Position numbers and translations under genes: made by a program. 64,000 nucleotides of DNA. Origin: Polyangia bacterium. Lineage in GTDB: Bacteria; Myxococcota_A; Polyangia; JAAYKL01. Shown here in pieces: positions 40,790-50,977 of this stretch. The stretch spans positions 4,376-68,375 of the forward strand of contig JBNLED010000113.1 in the NCBI GenBank assembly GCA_050304755.1, written 5' to 3'. The notes beneath the pieces are model-generated. The model was not told where the DNA came from. It saw only the letters and a program-made list of their open reading frames with translations, and did no database searches. Each line of letters begins with the position of its first letter. Within the stretch, counting starts at the first letter, position 1.

Positions 40790-41944
40790 TCACAGACAAC
40801 ACCTGTAGATGGTCTCTATCAGCGGCTCGGTGTAATCGGTCATCCGCCGCTGGACAAACGCGCGGGACGCCAGCCGGACCAGCCGGTCGATATCCGGGCT
40901 CGGGGTTCCGGCTTCGGCGAAGGTCACCGGGGTGCCGATGTGCCGGTAGTAGCGACGGAGGGCCTCCGCGAGCGCCTCCGGAGAGCCCGTCTCTCCGAAC
41001 ACCGCCTCGAAGAAGCGACCGATGCGCCTTTCGTGCCGCTCGCCGACCACCCGGATCCACGCGGGGATGACCACGGAGAGCCCGGCGCCGTGGGGCATGT
41101 CGTAGACGGCGCTCATCGGCATCTCCAACGCATGGCAGGGCATGGAGGGATCGGGGATACCGGCCTGACAGATGCCGCTCCAGCCCAGGGTGGCCGCCCA
41201 CATGAACGCCGCCCGGGCGTCGTAGTCGTCGGGGCGCGCCAGGAGGGTCTCCATGGCCTCCACGGTGCCCCGGGCCACCCCCTCGATGAGGTTGTCCTGC
41301 ATCGGCAGCCGTTCGGCGGGGGTGGTGAAGTAGGCCTCCATCACGTGGGAGAGGATATCCGTGCAGGCGAAGGCGGTCTGCCGCGGCGGCAGGGAGAAGG
41401 TGGTCTCGGGGTCGAGGAACGACACCCGGGGGTTCAGCACGCCGGGGCAGACCAGGGCGTTCTTCTCCGCGGTCTCCTCGTTGGTCACGACGGTGATGCC
41501 GTTCATCTCCGAGCCGGTGGCGGGGAGGGTGAGTACGGCGACCAGCGGGAGAGGGGATTTGGGCGCGGCCCGTCCGGCGAAGAGCTCCCAGACATCCGCC
41601 CGAATCCCGGTCCCCGCGGCGATGGCCTTGGCCTCGTCGATGACGCTGCCGCCGCCGACCCCGCACACCCCGTCCACGCTCTCGGCCCGCGCCGTCTCGA
41701 TGCCCGCCCGCACATGGGAGAGCACCGGGTTTCCGCGGACCCCGGGGTGCTCCACGACGGTGACGCCGCGACTCTTCAGCGAGGTCGCCACGGTCTCGTA
41801 CACTCCGTTTCTATGGATGCTCCCGCCGCCGTAGACCAGCAGGACCTTCTTTACGCCGAGACGCCTGAGGGCGATCCCGAGGCGGGGGATCACCCCCCGG
41901 CCGAACTGGATCTCCGTCGGGTTGACATAGGTGAACGGTTTCAT
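40790..41944 (-). CDS. Iron-containing (group III) alcohol dehydrogenase
   Basis: The product MKPFTYVNPTEIQFGRGV... has a Gly-rich NAD motif (GGGSVIDEAKAIAAG) and His-rich metal-site motifs. The length of 384 aa is typical. Confidence 0.8.
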   Translation of the reverse strand: MKPFTYVNPTEIQFGRGVIPRLGIALRRLGVKKVLLVYGGGSIHRNGVYETVATSLKSRGVTVVEHPGVRGNPVLSHVRAGIETARAESVDGVCGVGGGSVIDEAKAIAAGTGIRADVWELFAGRAAPKSPLPLVAVLTLPATGSEMNGITVVTNEETAEKNALVCPGVLNPRVSFLDPETTFSLPPRQTAFACTDILSHVMEAYFTTPAERLPMQDNLIEGVARGTVEAMETLLARPDDYDARAAFMWAATLGWSGICQAGIPDPSMPCHALEMPMSAVYDMPHGAGLSVVIPAWIRVVGERHERRIGRFFEAVFGETGSPEALAEALRRYYRHIGTPVTFAEAGTPSPDIDRLVRLASRAFVQRRMTDYTEPLIETIYRCCL

Positions 41945-44900
41945 CGATTCCTCCCTTCCTGGTCGAGTCGTGTCATCATCTTCTGCAGGCCGTACCGGGA
42001 GACGCCGAGGAGCTTGGCCGCGGCGGTCTGGTTTCCCTCGGTTCGCTTGAGGGCGGCGGCGATGAGGCGCCGCTTCAGACGATCCACCTGCCGGGACATA
42101 TCGAGATCGATAGTGGCCTCCGAGAGGCGGCTGACGTCGGAGACGATCTCCTCCGAGAGGTGGGAGAAGTCGATGACATCGCCCGAGAGCACCAACGCCC
42201 GGATGATCTCGTTCTCCAGCTGTCGGACATTTCCGGGCCAGTGGAAGTCCATGAGGGCTTCGATGGCCGCCTTGGAGATCTGCTTCCGTTTCCGGCCGCG
42301 GTGCTTCTGAATGAAGTGGTCCGCCAGGAGGGGAATATCCTCCCGCCGCTTTCGGAGCGGGGGCAGCTCGATGCGGATGACGTTCAGCCGGTAGAAGAGA
42401 TCCTCCCGGAATGATCCCTGCTTAACCCGGGCCTGCAGACCCATGTTGGACGCCACCAGGATGCGCACGTCCACCCGAACGGTCCGGGCGCCGCCCACGG
42501 GGCGCACCTCGCCGTCCTGGAGCACGCGGAGCAGCTTGGTCTGCATGGAGAGGGGCATCTCGGCGATCTCGTCCAGAAACAGGGTCCCGCCGTCGGCCTC
42601 GACGAAGAGCCCCCGGTTGTCGGAGACCGCGCCGGTGAACGCCCCCTTGACGTGGCCGAACAGCACCGACTCCAGCAGGGTCTCGGGGATGGCCGCACAG
42701 TTCTCCGCCACGAAGGCCTTCCGCTTCCTTCGCCCGTTGAAGTGGATGGCCCGGGCCGCCAGCTCCTTGCCTGTACCGGACTCCCCTTCGAGGATCACCG
42801 GGACATCCCCGTCCACCACCTTGTCGAGCACGCGGAACACCTCGGCCATGGGCTTGGATCGGGCGACGATATCATCGTACCGGTACTTGGTGATCAGCTC
42901 GTCCGTGCGCTTCTCCAGCTCCCCGCGGACCCTGGCGAGCTCCCCCTCCCGGGTCTTCAGCTCGGACTCCAGCTCCCGGTTCAGCCGCTCGATGCGCTGC
43001 TGCCGCTGGCGGTTCTCCGCCCTCAGGCGAGCGTTGGTGAGGGCGATGGCCGCCTGGGTGGCCAGGGCCTCCAGGAGCGCGATGCGCCCGTCGTCGAAGC
43101 GCCCCCCGCGCCGGCTGTCGAGATAGATCGTGCCGATGACGGTCCCCCTGACCCGGAGGGGAACCGCGACGATGTACCGGAGGTTCAGGTTGACCACGCT
43201 CAACCGGTCGTGGAACCGCTCGTCCTCCGACGCGTCGGTGGTGAGCACCGGCTCCCCGAGGGTGAAGGCCCGCTTCGCCACAGTTCGTGAGAAGCTCCGC
43301 TCCCCCGGGACGAGGGACTGCTGATCCATGTTCCGCGCGCTTCGGACCTCGAGGTCGTCCGCGCCGTTGACGATGAGCAGGAAGCCCCGCTCTGCGCCCG
43401 TGATATCGACGGCCGCGTCCATGATCATGTCGAGAAGCCGCCCCACACGGACCTCCGAATTGAGGCGCGCGTTGATTCGGACCAGGTGCTCCCAGCTCGC
43501 CTCGAAGGGCGACTTGGAGGCGGCGCTGTCGGTATCCGCGATCATCTTCATCTCCTTGAGCAGTGAGGTCTCCTCCGGGCGGTGGATCGCCGGAGTCTGC
43601 GCCCGTGTCCAGTGAATGAGCTGCACCGCCGACCGGGCCAGGGCGCCGGCGTGATCGGAGAGGCGGAGCTTCGAGGCGCACCGCGCGGCGGTGACGAAAG
43701 CCCTCACATGGTCCGATCGCAGGGGCTCCCCGGGAGCCGGGAGCGAATCGAACAGCGCGTCGAACGCGGGCCGCGGCTCTCCGGCGCCGAGGAGGGCCGC
43801 CTCGACCATCAGCCGCCGGTGCTCCAGGTGGAGAAAGGGGGCTTCGTCCCGACCGGCGGTCACCTGGGCGAGCCACTCGGAGGCCCGGCGGCGATCCCCC
43901 TGCTTCAGCCCCAGGGCGGCGAGGTGCAGCCGGCTGGTGGCGAGCTCCTGGGCAGCCCCGGCCTTCGAGGCGACCGCCTCTGCCTCGGAGAGGACGGTCT
44001 TCGCGGCCTTGAGCTTCCCGAGGTGAATCAGTACGTCCCCTTGCACACAGAGCGCCAGGGCCAGCGCCCGCCGGTCGTCCGAGCGCTTCGCGTCCGCCAC
44101 GGACCGTCCCGAGGCCGACTGGGCCGTGTCGACATCCCCGATGCGCAACAGGAGCTCCGCGTAGTTCGCCCCGGCCCGGGCGATCTCCGAGGGACGACCG
44201 ATGATCCGCAGCATCCTGAGACCGCTCCGGTAGGCCGCGAGGGCGTCCGGGATGCGGCCCAGCTCCGTCAGGGCCGCCGCGAGGTTCACCGCATAGGTCG
44301 CGCCGCCGTGGCGGTCTCCGGCCCGCTCAGCCAGGTCCAGGGCCGCCTGATAGCTCGCGAGGGCCCGATGCCACTTTCCGGCGGTATGGAACACCATCCC
44401 GAGGAGCCCGTTGAACCGCGCCAGCGTTCTGAGATCCCCGAGGGTCACGGCGATGTCCAGCCCGGCTTCGAAGAGCGCCCGGGCCTGCTCGGTCTCTCCC
44501 CGGGCGAGGGCGATGAGTCCGCGGGTGGAGAGGGCGCCTGTGCGGACCGGATCGGCGGCCCGAAGGTCATCAATCCCCTCGAGAAGGACGGCGGCGGCGG
44601 CGAGGTCTCCGCTGTCGAAGGCGGTCCTGGCGGCGATGGCCCGGGCCTCCGCCGCGACCTCCGCGGACCTCGACCGCATGAGGTCGTCGAGCAGGGACGC
44701 GGCCTCATCGGCGGCGCCGGCCAGTCTAAGGGCCGCCGCGCGCTCGAGGGTGGCCCTCGGCGCCAGGGCGCCGCCCCGCTCCTCGACCTCGCGGGCCAGC
44801 GAGATGGCCCGATCGTATTGGCCGGTCTGTCGGCACACCTTCGCGAGCTCGGTCTGCACCGCGCTCCGCTCTTCGGGCGGAAGCGCCATCCCGGCGAGCA

Positions 44901-46971
44901 GGGTCAGCTGGTCCGCCGCCCCCAGGAGGTCCCCCGAGGCCCGCAGCACCGCGGCCCCCGCCCTCGCGAATTCCGCGGCCTTCTCCGTCATCCCGGCCTG
45001 GGCGGCGTATCGGGCCAGCCGGCCCGGATCGCGAAAGGGGCGTCGCTCCAGAACAGCGAGGACGGCGGTGCTCAACGCGCGGGTGCGCGACGGGGTGAGG
45101 GTCCGTCTGAGTCCGGCGGCGACCAGCCTCTTGAGGATGAGCTCGCCGTCATTCCGGTGGAGCCATCCCTTCCGTTCCAGCTCGCGAATCGCTGAAAAGA
45201 GATCGTCGACTTCCTTTATATTGGCGATTATTGCGAGCTCATCGCCGGTGGCGGGACCGTCCAGCACCGCGAGAGACTCCGCGACGGCCAGCGCCGGAGC
45301 AGAGAGCCCCTCCAGAAATCCCTCGAGGATCAGGTCATCCAGGGTATCGGACAGATCCAACGACTCGAGGCTCTTAGCCGCGACTATCCCGTCCGGCCGG
45401 AGCGCCAGGAGCGCCGCCAGAGCGGCCTCCGTGAGCAGCGGAAGCCCCCCGGTCATCTGATGGAGACGCTCCGCCATGCGATCATCGGGAGCCCGCCCCA
45501 GCGCGTGGCGGATGATCGCTCGTTCGTCATCCGCGCCAAGCGGCGACACCGGAATCCGCGCCGGCCCACCGCCCGGCTCGGCGGTGTCGCGGTCGGAGGT
45601 ATCCCGACGCTCCGCGGCGATGGCCAGCGCTTCCCCGTCCGCAGGCAGCCCGTTCAGCCGCCGGATCAGCTCCCCCACCAGAGGAGAATCCCCGTCTTCA
45701 ATCAGCACCGCGCTCGGGTGCTTCAGCCGGAGCAGGGTGTCCGCGATCTCCGCCAGAAGGGCGTCGTGCCCCGGCTCCCCGGCGCGCTTCTCGTCCGAGA
45801 CCACGCCGCTGATCCAGGTGGACAGATGGTGCAAAGAGCCTCCCCGCGAGGGGGCAATCCGCCGCATCAGCTCCCGGAGGGAGCCCGAGAAGAAGCTCAT
45901 GGGCCTGTCCCCGTTTCTGACCGCCGCCAGTTGGGCCTCCACCACCGCCGCGCGGAAGAGTCGGGTCTTGCCGACGCCGGGAGCCCCCGCCAGCCACAGG
46001 GTTCGGGTCGTTCGGTGGTCGTCGTCCGAAGAGGCCGCGCCTTCCAGCCATTTCACGAGGAGGGAGAGCTCCCCGTCTCTCCCCACCAGGTTCGGAGAGC
46101 GAACGCGGGCCGCCCGGGTGGTGGGGGTGGCGGTGTCGCTGGCCGCATCGATGAGCTCGGTCCGCTGGTCGTCCCCGAGCACCCCGGCCCCCGCGGCTCG
46201 GGCCAATGCGAGGAGGGTCTCCCGCGCGGATTGGGGGCGCCGCTCCGGCAGCGGATGGACAAGCTTCGCGGTCAGCTCCCAGAGCTTCGCGGGGACATGT
46301 GCCGGCGCGGGCCCGATGGGTCCGGCCACCAAGGGCGGCGCCTCTCCGGTTAGGAGCTCCCGAAGGGTGACGCCGAGGCTGAACAGGTCGGAGCGCTCGT
46401 CGAAGAAGCCATGGAGGGCCTCCGGGGGAGTGTACCCCAGGGTGCCCGCCCTGAGCCCGTCGAGGGCATCCTTGTGCGTCGAGAGGCCGAGGTCGATAAG
46501 CTTGACGAGCTTTCCGCCGTTCCCCACCAGGATGTTCGAGGGTTTGACGTCCCGGTGGAGCAGGCCGTGTCCGTGGATGAGCTCCAGGGCCCGTGCCACC
46601 GCCACGCAGAGCGCGGCCGCCCGGGCGGGGCGTTCCGCCTTCGGCAGGCCGGAGAACTGAAGCTGGCACGATTCTCCCGGGACGAGCTCCTGGGTGAAGA
46701 ACACCGCGCCCTTCGGGATGGTCAGCGCGCCGTCAATCGACTGAACGACATCGAGATCGTACACCCGGGCGAGGTGAGGGTGCTCGAGCCGCTTGGCCTG
46801 CGCGAACTCGAATCGGAACAGGGACTCCATCGACGCCTCGTGGAGCACCTTGAGCGCCACCCGTTCGTTCCCACCGAGAGTATCCTCCACCGCCAGCACC
46901 ATCGCCTGGGCGCCCCTGCCGAGCTCACGGACGACCCGGTATCGATGGTTGATGATGTCGCTTTTGCTCAT
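41941..46971 (-). CDS. Multidomain regulator (about 1676 aa) with an N-terminal Ser/Thr kinase, an AAA/NACHT-like P-loop, a TPR-rich region, a GAF domain, a sigma-54-interaction AAA+ domain and a Fis-type HTH
   Basis: The start ATG 46971 has a GAGGA ribosome-binding site. The kinase motifs are ELGRGAQAMV, ALKVL, HRDVKPSNILV and DLGLS. The P-loop is WLAGAPGVGKTRLF. The sigma-54 module contains VLILGESGTGKELAARAIH, GAFTGA, GTLFLDEI and FREDLFYRLNV. The HTH is NQTAAAKLLGVSRYGLQKMM. Confidence 0.8.
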   Translation of the reverse strand: MSKSDIINHRYRVVRELGRGAQAMVLAVEDTLGGNERVALKVLHEASMESLFRFEFAQAKRLEHPHLARVYDLDVVQSIDGALTIPKGAVFFTQELVPGESCQLQFSGLPKAERPARAAALCVAVARALELIHGHGLLHRDVKPSNILVGNGGKLVKLIDLGLSTHKDALDGLRAGTLGYTPPEALHGFFDERSDLFSLGVTLRELLTGEAPPLVAGPIGPAPAHVPAKLWELTAKLVHPLPERRPQSARETLLALARAAGAGVLGDDQRTELIDAASDTATPTTRAARVRSPNLVGRDGELSLLVKWLEGAASSDDDHRTTRTLWLAGAPGVGKTRLFRAAVVEAQLAAVRNGDRPMSFFSGSLRELMRRIAPSRGGSLHHLSTWISGVVSDEKRAGEPGHDALLAEIADTLLRLKHPSAVLIEDGDSPLVGELIRRLNGLPADGEALAIAAERRDTSDRDTAEPGGGPARIPVSPLGADDERAIIRHALGRAPDDRMAERLHQMTGGLPLLTEAALAALLALRPDGIVAAKSLESLDLSDTLDDLILEGFLEGLSAPALAVAESLAVLDGPATGDELAIIANIKEVDDLFSAIRELERKGWLHRNDGELILKRLVAAGLRRTLTPSRTRALSTAVLAVLERRPFRDPGRLARYAAQAGMTEKAAEFARAGAAVLRASGDLLGAADQLTLLAGMALPPEERSAVQTELAKVCRQTGQYDRAISLAREVEERGGALAPRATLERAAALRLAGAADEAASLLDDLMRSRSAEVAAEARAIAARTAFDSGDLAAAAVLLEGIDDLRAADPVRTGALSTRGLIALARGETEQARALFEAGLDIAVTLGDLRTLARFNGLLGMVFHTAGKWHRALASYQAALDLAERAGDRHGGATYAVNLAAALTELGRIPDALAAYRSGLRMLRIIGRPSEIARAGANYAELLLRIGDVDTAQSASGRSVADAKRSDDRRALALALCVQGDVLIHLGKLKAAKTVLSEAEAVASKAGAAQELATSRLHLAALGLKQGDRRRASEWLAQVTAGRDEAPFLHLEHRRLMVEAALLGAGEPRPAFDALFDSLPAPGEPLRSDHVRAFVTAARCASKLRLSDHAGALARSAVQLIHWTRAQTPAIHRPEETSLLKEMKMIADTDSAASKSPFEASWEHLVRINARLNSEVRVGRLLDMIMDAAVDITGAERGFLLIVNGADDLEVRSARNMDQQSLVPGERSFSRTVAKRAFTLGEPVLTTDASEDERFHDRLSVVNLNLRYIVAVPLRVRGTVIGTIYLDSRRGGRFDDGRIALLEALATQAAIALTNARLRAENRQRQQRIERLNRELESELKTREGELARVRGELEKRTDELITKYRYDDIVARSKPMAEVFRVLDKVVDGDVPVILEGESGTGKELAARAIHFNGRRKRKAFVAENCAAIPETLLESVLFGHVKGAFTGAVSDNRGLFVEADGGTLFLDEIAEMPLSMQTKLLRVLQDGEVRPVGGARTVRVDVRILVASNMGLQARVKQGSFREDLFYRLNVIRIELPPLRKRREDIPLLADHFIQKHRGRKRKQISKAAIEALMDFHWPGNVRQLENEIIRALVLSGDVIDFSHLSEEIVSDVSRLSEATIDLDMSRQVDRLKRRLIAAALKRTEGNQTAAAKLLGVSRYGLQKMMTRLDQEGRNR

Positions 46972-47211
46972 CGATTCCTCTGACTGATGCGCACCCATCA
47001 AATAGCAACTTTGTTGCCATAGACTCCAGCAAGTTGACGCTAAACTCATTATAAAGACAAGATAACGAATATCAAACGATTGAATGACACCAGACCCGAA
47101 TGCATGGCAACTGGATTGTCACACCCGACGGATCCTCGGCCATTGTCCCCGGATTCCGCAATCGACCCCAGCCGCCTTGTGGACGGCTTCCCCCGATGAT
47201 ACACAAGTTTT

Positions 47212-47721
47212 ATGGGAATTATAAAATCAGTCAACGGGGTGACCCCTCAGGTCGAAGCGGGCGTCTATGTCGACGAAACCGCGGTCCTCATCGGCGACGT
47301 TCATATCGCCGCGGGGGCGAGCATCTGGCCCCACGCGGTGCTTCGGGGAGATGTGGGCCCTATCCGGATCGGCGCGCGGAGCAATATCCAGGACCTCTCG
47401 ATGGTGCACTGCACCGAGGACTATTCGGAGACCGTCATCGGGGAGGAGGTCACTGTGGGGCACCGGGTGATCCTCCACGGTTGTACGGTGCGGGACCGAT
47501 CCCTCATCGGCATGGGCGCCATCCTCATGGACCGGGCGGTGGTTCAGGAGAACGTGGTGGTGGCCGCCGGCGCTGTGGTGCTGGAAAACGCGGTGCTCGA
47601 GAGCGGGTATCTCTACGCCGGCATCCCGGCGAAGCGGATCAAGCCCCTGTCGGAGAACCAGCTTCAATCCCTGGCAAAGAGCGCCGCCCACTACGTTCAT
47701 TACAAAAGCTGGTATTCGTAA
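47212..47721 (+). CDS. Gamma-class carbonic anhydrase family / hexapeptide-repeat (left-handed beta-helix) protein
   Basis: Hexapeptide repeats and a His triad are present. VHCTEDYSETVIGEEVTVGHRVILHGCTV is typical of YrdA/PaaY-like proteins. Confidence 0.75.
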   Translation: MGIIKSVNGVTPQVEAGVYVDETAVLIGDVHIAAGASIWPHAVLRGDVGPIRIGARSNIQDLSMVHCTEDYSETVIGEEVTVGHRVILHGCTVRDRSLIGMGAILMDRAVVQENVVVAAGAVVLENAVLESGYLYAGIPAKRIKPLSENQLQSLAKSAAHYVHYKSWYS

Positions 47722-47744
47722 ATCATTTCAGAAATGGAGGTATC

Positions 47745-48830
47745 ATGAGGTATCGAATGTCGAAGAGGGGAGCCTCGGCCACCGTCGTCCCGCTCCGGAG
47801 TCGGAGCGCGCAATTCATCATCATGGTGGTGCTCGTCGGTTGCTCGCAGCCCGAACCGGCGCCGATCCCTGCCGCGGGGAGCGCCCCGGCCGTTCCCGCG
47901 GCCCCGGCGGCGGCGATCCCCCCGCCGGCGGTTCCGGCGCCTGGCGCTCAACCGACGCCCGTTCCCGGCATGCCGGCGCCAGGAGTCCAGCTGACGGCCG
48001 TTCCCGGCGTTCCGTCACCTGAAGTCCAGCCGACCACCGCGCCGGCGGGGACCGCGGAGTTGATGCCGGTGAGCCTCGTGGACACCATCGCATACGATCC
48101 CCACGAGATCGGGAAGGCCGTCGCCTACCTCGATGATGACAAGAAGGGGATGTCCGTCAAAGACTGGATCGCCGCTCGGGTGAAGCGCGCGAAGCAGGGG
48201 GCCCCGGAGCTCGTCCGCATCCCCGTGGCCCACCAGTGTGCCGGCTGGGGGTGTGAGTGTCCGACCCACTACATCGGAACCGACGCCAGCTCGGAGGGGG
48301 CGGCCTGGCTGGAGCTGACCACCGGCCCCCACGCGCGGATCCCCGCGGATCCGGGGCGGGACGGATTCGTGCGGGTCGCCGACGGGGTCTTCACCGGAAA
48401 GACCTCGAAGGAGAAATGGGAGGCGGACGGAGAGGTCCACGCGACCTACAAGCTTTACGGGTTTCATGTCCTCCGGTCTCGCCCCTACAAGGAGGGAAAG
48501 GATGATGCGCTCAGGTTGCTGCTCGGCGGGGAGGAGAACCGACGGGCGGTTCCGGCGCTCGGTGACGATCGGCCGTGGCTCGCCATCGCCGCCTCGATCC
48601 CCTATGGGACGCCGAAATCCTCCGAGAAGGTGCAGCGGTTGATCGATCGATTAAAGGAGAAGGGGTTCGGCGAAGCCGCCTATCTCGACAGCCGGAGCGC
48701 GCCGCTCCTCTTCTGCTGCTTTCACATCGTCACCGCCGGCCGGTTCCGGACGAGCAAGGAGGCCCAGACGGCCCAAAAGCAGCTCAAGTCCGCGGGGTTC
48801 AAGGACGCCTATTTCCGGCGGGGATGGTGA
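47745..48830 (+). CDS. Lipoprotein with a Pro/Ala-rich repeat linker and a C-terminal SPOR-like domain
   Basis: A GGAGG ribosome-binding site lies 4 nt upstream of ATG 47745. The N-terminus MRYRMSKRG...FIIMVVLVGCSQ carries a lipobox. The linker is (PAxP)n. The C-terminus LLFCCFHIVTAGRFRTSKEAQTAQKQLKSAGFKDAYF is SPOR-like. Confidence 0.6.
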   Translation: MRYRMSKRGASATVVPLRSRSAQFIIMVVLVGCSQPEPAPIPAAGSAPAVPAAPAAAIPPPAVPAPGAQPTPVPGMPAPGVQLTAVPGVPSPEVQPTTAPAGTAELMPVSLVDTIAYDPHEIGKAVAYLDDDKKGMSVKDWIAARVKRAKQGAPELVRIPVAHQCAGWGCECPTHYIGTDASSEGAAWLELTTGPHARIPADPGRDGFVRVADGVFTGKTSKEKWEADGEVHATYKLYGFHVLRSRPYKEGKDDALRLLLGGEENRRAVPALGDDRPWLAIAASIPYGTPKSSEKVQRLIDRLKEKGFGEAAYLDSRSAPLLFCCFHIVTAGRFRTSKEAQTAQKQLKSAGFKDAYFRRGW

Positions 48831-48835
48831 GATAA

Positions 48836-49990
48836 TCAGGGAAACCGCACGCCGAAGACGACGTCCATCCCGAAGCCGGATCCGAACCGGATGCTCCGCC
48901 CCATCTGCTCCGAGACGAAGTCCGTGGCCATCTGATTCCGGTCGTATCCCTCGGGGAGCTCGTCCTGGTGCTCCGCCATCCACAGATCGATTTCATATTG
49001 ATTGTCCGCATACCAGCTCTCGAAGTCCGCCCGGGTGTCGGCGTGCTCGAGCCCCCCCCGAAGCGAGGGGTCCATCGTGTCGAAGGCCTCCGGGAGGGCC
49101 GGGGGGGTGCGCACCCCCGTGGCGCCGGCCATGAGCCCCACCTCGAAGAGCAGCGCCACGTGTCTGCCCACATATACGCTGAAGCCGATGGGGAACCGGC
49201 CGTAGATCTCCGTGCCGTACATGACCTCGTCCCCGAAGAGGTAGGTCCCGCGGAAGCCGGCGCCGATGTGGGGGTAGAATCGCTTGACGGCGAACCGGTA
49301 GACGATGGTCAGCTCGCCGCCCACCACCTGGATGCTGGCCCCCGCCGCATCCTTGCTGAAGTCGAGCCCCGAGAGGTTGACGCCGGGGTGAATGCCGCCG
49401 AACTCCATGGCGTAGAGGGGGGCGATTTCGAAGCCGAGGCCATCACCGCCGAGATCGAAGTGCAGCTTGGCAGTGAGGCCGTTTCGCGTCTCCACCGTGG
49501 CCTTCATCCCGTTGAACTCCATCTCGCTCTTTGGGAAGAAGAGGTAGCCGATCTGGGGCGATACGGTGAACCACGGGAAGATCGGCTTCGGTTGCTGCGC
49601 CTCCTTCGGAGGGACGCGGGGCGGTTCGGGCTCACCCATGGACTGCGCTTCGGGACGCGGCGCCGACGCGGGGGAGGCAGCCTCCGCCGGCGGGGGCTGC
49701 GGTGGATAATAGGCCTCGGGGGGAAGCACCACCCCCAGGAACTCGCTCTCCGCGGCCGGGGGCGGGGCGCTCGGCGGCTCAACCACCGGATGTTCCGGTG
49801 CCGCTTCGGAGGTCTCCGGTGCCGCTTCGCCGGCGGGGGGCTGCGGACTCATCTCGGCTTCGGTTGCCGGCCCTTCAGGCGCCTCGCCGGGGAGCTCCAC
49901 GCCGCTGAACCCTTCATCCGCATTCAACGGCGGGCAGATGATCATGGCGGACACAGAAAGGAGCATCATCCCGAAGCATCGTGCATTCAT
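48836..49990 (-). CDS. Secreted protein with a Pro-rich linker and a C-terminal beta-rich domain (possible outer-membrane protein)
   Basis: The signal peptide is MNARCFGMMLLSVSAMIICPPLNA. The Pro-rich segment is PPQPPPAEAASPASAPRPE. The C-terminal half has alternating hydrophobic residues. Confidence 0.5.
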   Translation of the reverse strand: MNARCFGMMLLSVSAMIICPPLNADEGFSGVELPGEAPEGPATEAEMSPQPPAGEAAPETSEAAPEHPVVEPPSAPPPAAESEFLGVVLPPEAYYPPQPPPAEAASPASAPRPEAQSMGEPEPPRVPPKEAQQPKPIFPWFTVSPQIGYLFFPKSEMEFNGMKATVETRNGLTAKLHFDLGGDGLGFEIAPLYAMEFGGIHPGVNLSGLDFSKDAAGASIQVVGGELTIVYRFAVKRFYPHIGAGFRGTYLFGDEVMYGTEIYGRFPIGFSVYVGRHVALLFEVGLMAGATGVRTPPALPEAFDTMDPSLRGGLEHADTRADFESWYADNQYEIDLWMAEHQDELPEGYDRNQMATDFVSEQMGRSIRFGSGFGMDVVFGVRFP

Positions 49991-50148
49991 CTGCCGTCAT
50001 TCCCTCCTCTAGTGGTAGGGAAGATATACGTGATAATCGGGCAGAGGACCAGCCCAATCGGCGGCCGTTCGGCGGTAGAAGTTTTCCCCTATTCTGGTAT
50101 ATTGGGGGGTCTTCGAGCAACGAGCCATGCCAAAGTACGGAGGTAGAG

Positions 50149-50961
50149 ATGTGCGCCTTTGTAAACCAGCGGGAGTACGAGAACAGAAGCTGGACCCGGG
50201 AGTGCCAGGGGGTCACCTCCGACGGCAGCTACTGGTACATCTCCAGCAACAACGAAGACGCGAGGGGGGTGCACCGCTTCGCTATGGATATGACCCACCG
50301 GACGTTCGTCAGCCTGGCGGGGGCCGGCGGCGACCATCTGGGGGATATCGACTACCACGACGGCAGCCTCTATTGCGCGATGGAGCGGCCGCGGCTGCTG
50401 GTGGTGCTCCCGACCGCGCGGTTCGAGGTCCCGGACGCGGGCGTCTCGGTGGTCGAGCTGGAAGGAAGCGACGGCGGCGCCCCACCGCAGGGCAACAGCA
50501 TGCCCTGGTGTGCCGTGCACCGGAACGGGCTGCTCTACAGCTCGGGGTTCGGCAGGGAGGCGGATCCGGTGCGCGTCGTCCACGCCTATCGTCGCGGCGA
50601 CGGCGGGGCCTACCGCCATGTGCCAGAGAAGGACATCGTCCTCGACACCGAGGTGACCCGCATCCAGGGGGGCTGCTTCTCTGCGAACGGGCTGCTGCTC
50701 TCCTCTGATGCAACCGACGACATCATCGCCTTCGGGCTGACGCCCACTCAAAGCGGCGGGATGAGCGGCGCGGCCCTTCATCGAGAGCCGATCCGCAAGG
50801 AGAGCCGGCGTCACGAGGAGGTGGAGGGGATCGCCTACCTCGAGAACTGCCGCTTCGCGGGGGAGCTCAGCAACGTGCACCTCATCCTGCTGGACAACGA
50901 CTTCGCCGACCGGGACGACATCTTCTTCAAGCACTTCCGGATCGACAGCCCGTATCTCTGA
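50149..50961 (+). CDS. Hypothetical protein
   Basis: A GGAGG ribosome-binding site lies 6 nt upstream of ATG 50149. The product is 270 aa with no recognised domain. Confidence 0.45.
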   Translation: MCAFVNQREYENRSWTRECQGVTSDGSYWYISSNNEDARGVHRFAMDMTHRTFVSLAGAGGDHLGDIDYHDGSLYCAMERPRLLVVLPTARFEVPDAGVSVVELEGSDGGAPPQGNSMPWCAVHRNGLLYSSGFGREADPVRVVHAYRRGDGGAYRHVPEKDIVLDTEVTRIQGGCFSANGLLLSSDATDDIIAFGLTPTQSGGMSGAALHREPIRKESRRHEEVEGIAYLENCRFAGELSNVHLILLDNDFADRDDIFFKHFRIDSPYL

Positions 50962-50977
50962 ATCCGTTCGGACGGGC

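Noticed and set aside
43582-46669. Plus- and minus-frame ORFs (43582-45195, 45476-46660, 45698-46669) inside the STK-bEBP gene
   Set aside because: They lie antisense to or out of frame with a gene that has kinase, TPR and sigma-54 motifs. Their composition is Arg/Pro/Gly-rich.
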